Source: Mycobacterium leprae TN
Lineage (GTDB): Bacteria; Actinomycetota; Actinomycetes; Mycobacteriales; Mycobacteriaceae
NCBI RefSeq assembly: GCF_000195855.1
Contig: NC_002677.1
Location: forward strand, 1,020,001-1,052,000
DNA: 32,000 nt
Direction: 5' to 3'
Positions 30,373 through 32,000 of the stretch are shown here, in pieces (the first letter of the stretch is position 1; every line of letters begins with the position of its first letter). The notes under the pieces were generated by a model. That model was not told the origin of the DNA. It ran no database searches and saw only the letters and a program-made list of their open reading frames with translations. Position numbers and translations under genes: made by a program.

Positions 30373-30962
30373 TTATGGCCGTGGCGTTAAGCAGACCCAC
30401 CGGACAGTGTCACGGCCATCGTTATGCGAAGGCAGTCCAGAGGTGTCGGTGCCGATGTCTAGCGTGCGAACAGTTCGACCTAGTTAGCTTGACCAACTTG
30501 ACCCGAGAGACTCACCCTAATTGCACAAAGCACCACATTGTATAGCAAAGGCGTCGCAGTGCTCGAGCCGAATGCGTCGGTGATTATCGATTGTGATGAC
30601 TGGCGCGATGCGGGTCCGGTACGGGATGCCACAACTATGTATCAGCGTGCTATTGGGAGTGTCGGAGACTCTGTTGCAGGATGAACGTGCTGTTTTGGTA
30701 GTGCTCATCGACGTCGGATTGGCGCTCCGGTTACGGGCGTGCCGATTCGCGGCAAGCACCGGTTCGGGTTCTCTTGAGTGCCTGGGCTCGTCAAAACCCC
30801 CTGGTTCGCCGGTTTTCCGGTGCGATGCTCTCAAGCGGGTGACTGAAATCTTTCTATTTTCTTAACGATCACATTTGGACAACGTCGATATCATTTCGTA
30901 ACCTGTTTGAGATCTAAAGCCCGCTCAATGGCCAAGTGCCTTTGGCAGTTTAAGGAAAAGCT

Positions 30963-32000
30963 TTGAGACTTGGCTGCAAGCATCCGGTTGTGCGCCTGAT
31001 TGCGCACTTTGTTGTCGGAACGCTAGTAGGGTTCGCTGTGTTATCTCGTTTCTTTGTCGCTACCGCGATGGCTGACCCTGCTGAGGACGCGCTGGCAAAA
31101 CTTAACGAGCTGTCCCGCCAAGCTGAGCAGACCACCGAAGCGGTGCACAGCGCGCAACTTGATCTGACTGAGAAGTTGGCAGCTCAGCGGGCGGCAGACA
31201 AGAAGTACACGGACGACCAAGCTGCTCTGGCGGACGCCCAGGTGCGCTTGGCCACTTTCCAGGCTGCGGTCAACAAACTTGCTGCCGCTACGTATATGAG
31301 TGGTCGTATAAACGGCATGACCGCTCTATTGACAGCATACTCACCGCAACAATTGATCAACAAGTTGGCCCTACAGCGAGTGCTGGGTGTTCAAATGGCT
31401 ACACAGATGGCCGGTTACCGGGACGCCGGGGAGCAGGCTGTTAAGGCAGAGCAGACATCCGCTAAGTCCGCCGCTGACGCTAAGCACGCGGCCGACCAGG
31501 CTGCCGTGGTACGGGCGGGCTTGCAGTCTAAGCAGAGTAAGTTGCAGCTCCAGATTGCGGTCGTCAAGTCGCACTACCTTTCGTTGTCGCCTAGGCAACG
31601 TACCACGCTTGCAGAGCCCGGGCCAGTCCCGGCGGTGGCTACTTTGCCCGGTGCGGCATCAGCTGGCGTTAGCCCGCCACCTGATGCCGCACCACCCGGC
31701 GGATTACTCGGGGTTGCTCCAGCCCCTTTCGCAGGTGGTGGCGACCGCGCGGCTGTTGTGCAGGCGGCACTGACCCAAATCGGAAGTCCATATGCTTGGG
31801 GTGGCGCGGCGCCCGGTGGATTCGACTGCTCCGGACTGGTGATGTGGGCTTACCAGCAGGCCGGCATTGCGCTGCCTCACTCCAGCCAGGCTCTGGCCCG
31901 CGGTGGTCAGCCGGTGTCGCTGTCGGAACTGCAGCCCGGTGATGTGCTGACCTTCTATTCGGACGCGTCGCATGCCGGCATCTACGTTGGTGACGGTATG
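30963..32000 (+). CDS. ripC: NlpC/P60 peptidoglycan endopeptidase with an N-terminal coiled-coil (RipC-like). 5' part only; continues past the window end.
   Basis: Absent from the ORF track because it has no stop in the window. Open frame from TTG 30963 (AAGGA at 30952-30956, in-frame TAA at 30951) to position 32000. Hydrophobic signal/anchor VRLIAHFVVGTLVGFAVLSRFFVATAMA. Long coiled-coil (ALAKLNELSRQAEQTTEAVHSAQLDLTEKLAAQRAADKK...). Pro/Ala linker. NlpC/P60 core GSPYAWGGAAPGGFDCSGLVMWAYQQAGIALPHSS...FYSDASHAGIYVGDG. Confidence 0.9.
   Translation, partial: MRLGCKHPVVRLIAHFVVGTLVGFAVLSRFFVATAMADPAEDALAKLNELSRQAEQTTEAVHSAQLDLTEKLAAQRAADKKYTDDQAALADAQVRLATFQAAVNKLAAATYMSGRINGMTALLTAYSPQQLINKLALQRVLGVQMATQMAGYRDAGEQAVKAEQTSAKSAADAKHAADQAAVVRAGLQSKQSKLQLQIAVVKSHYLSLSPRQRTTLAEPGPVPAVATLPGAASAGVSPPPDAAPPGGLLGVAPAPFAGGGDRAAVVQAALTQIGSPYAWGGAAPGGFDCSGLVMWAYQQAGIALPHSSQALARGGQPVSLSELQPGDVLTFYSDASHAGIYVGDGM

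Overview
This window reads as a conserved core segment of a Mycobacterium chromosome. Gene order matches my recollection of the M. tuberculosis H37Rv block Rv2219 to Rv2190c, in inverted orientation. Moderate GC content, three multiply disrupted pseudogenes and two missing neighbour genes point to a reductively evolved genome, M. leprae or a very close relative. That is an inference; no alignment was possible.

I call 25 protein-coding genes, two of them truncated by the window edges and therefore absent from the ORF track:
- a lipoylation/E2 string: dlaT, an SDR gene, lipB, lipA and a DUF4191 gene
- ephD, pepB, gcvT, ilvE, cobT, adoK, asnB and trpD
- an IscA/HesB-type Fe-S protein and several conserved membrane proteins
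- the full respiratory set ctaC-ctaF and ctaE-qcrCAB
- the 5' part of the NlpC/P60 endopeptidase gene ripC

The pseudogenes are cobS, a glycerate-kinase-like gene, and a DnaQ-exonuclease/GIY-YIG nuclease gene.

I found no rRNA, tRNA, CRISPR array, transposase, prophage, defence or biosynthetic gene cluster. I see no convincing evidence of a novel multi-gene system here. The features worth a second look are small-scale:
- two perfect tandem duplications (23 bp and 24 bp) sitting at stop codons
- a perfect 41-bp palindrome and a 14-bp inverted repeat in or next to the nuclease pseudogene
- an AT-rich 44-bp island inside the glycerate-kinase pseudogene
- an unexplained 540-bp convergent spacer with a coding-like frame
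- an intact cobT beside a dead cobS
- several start-codon corrections

All homology statements come from motif recognition and memory of orthologues, not from searches.
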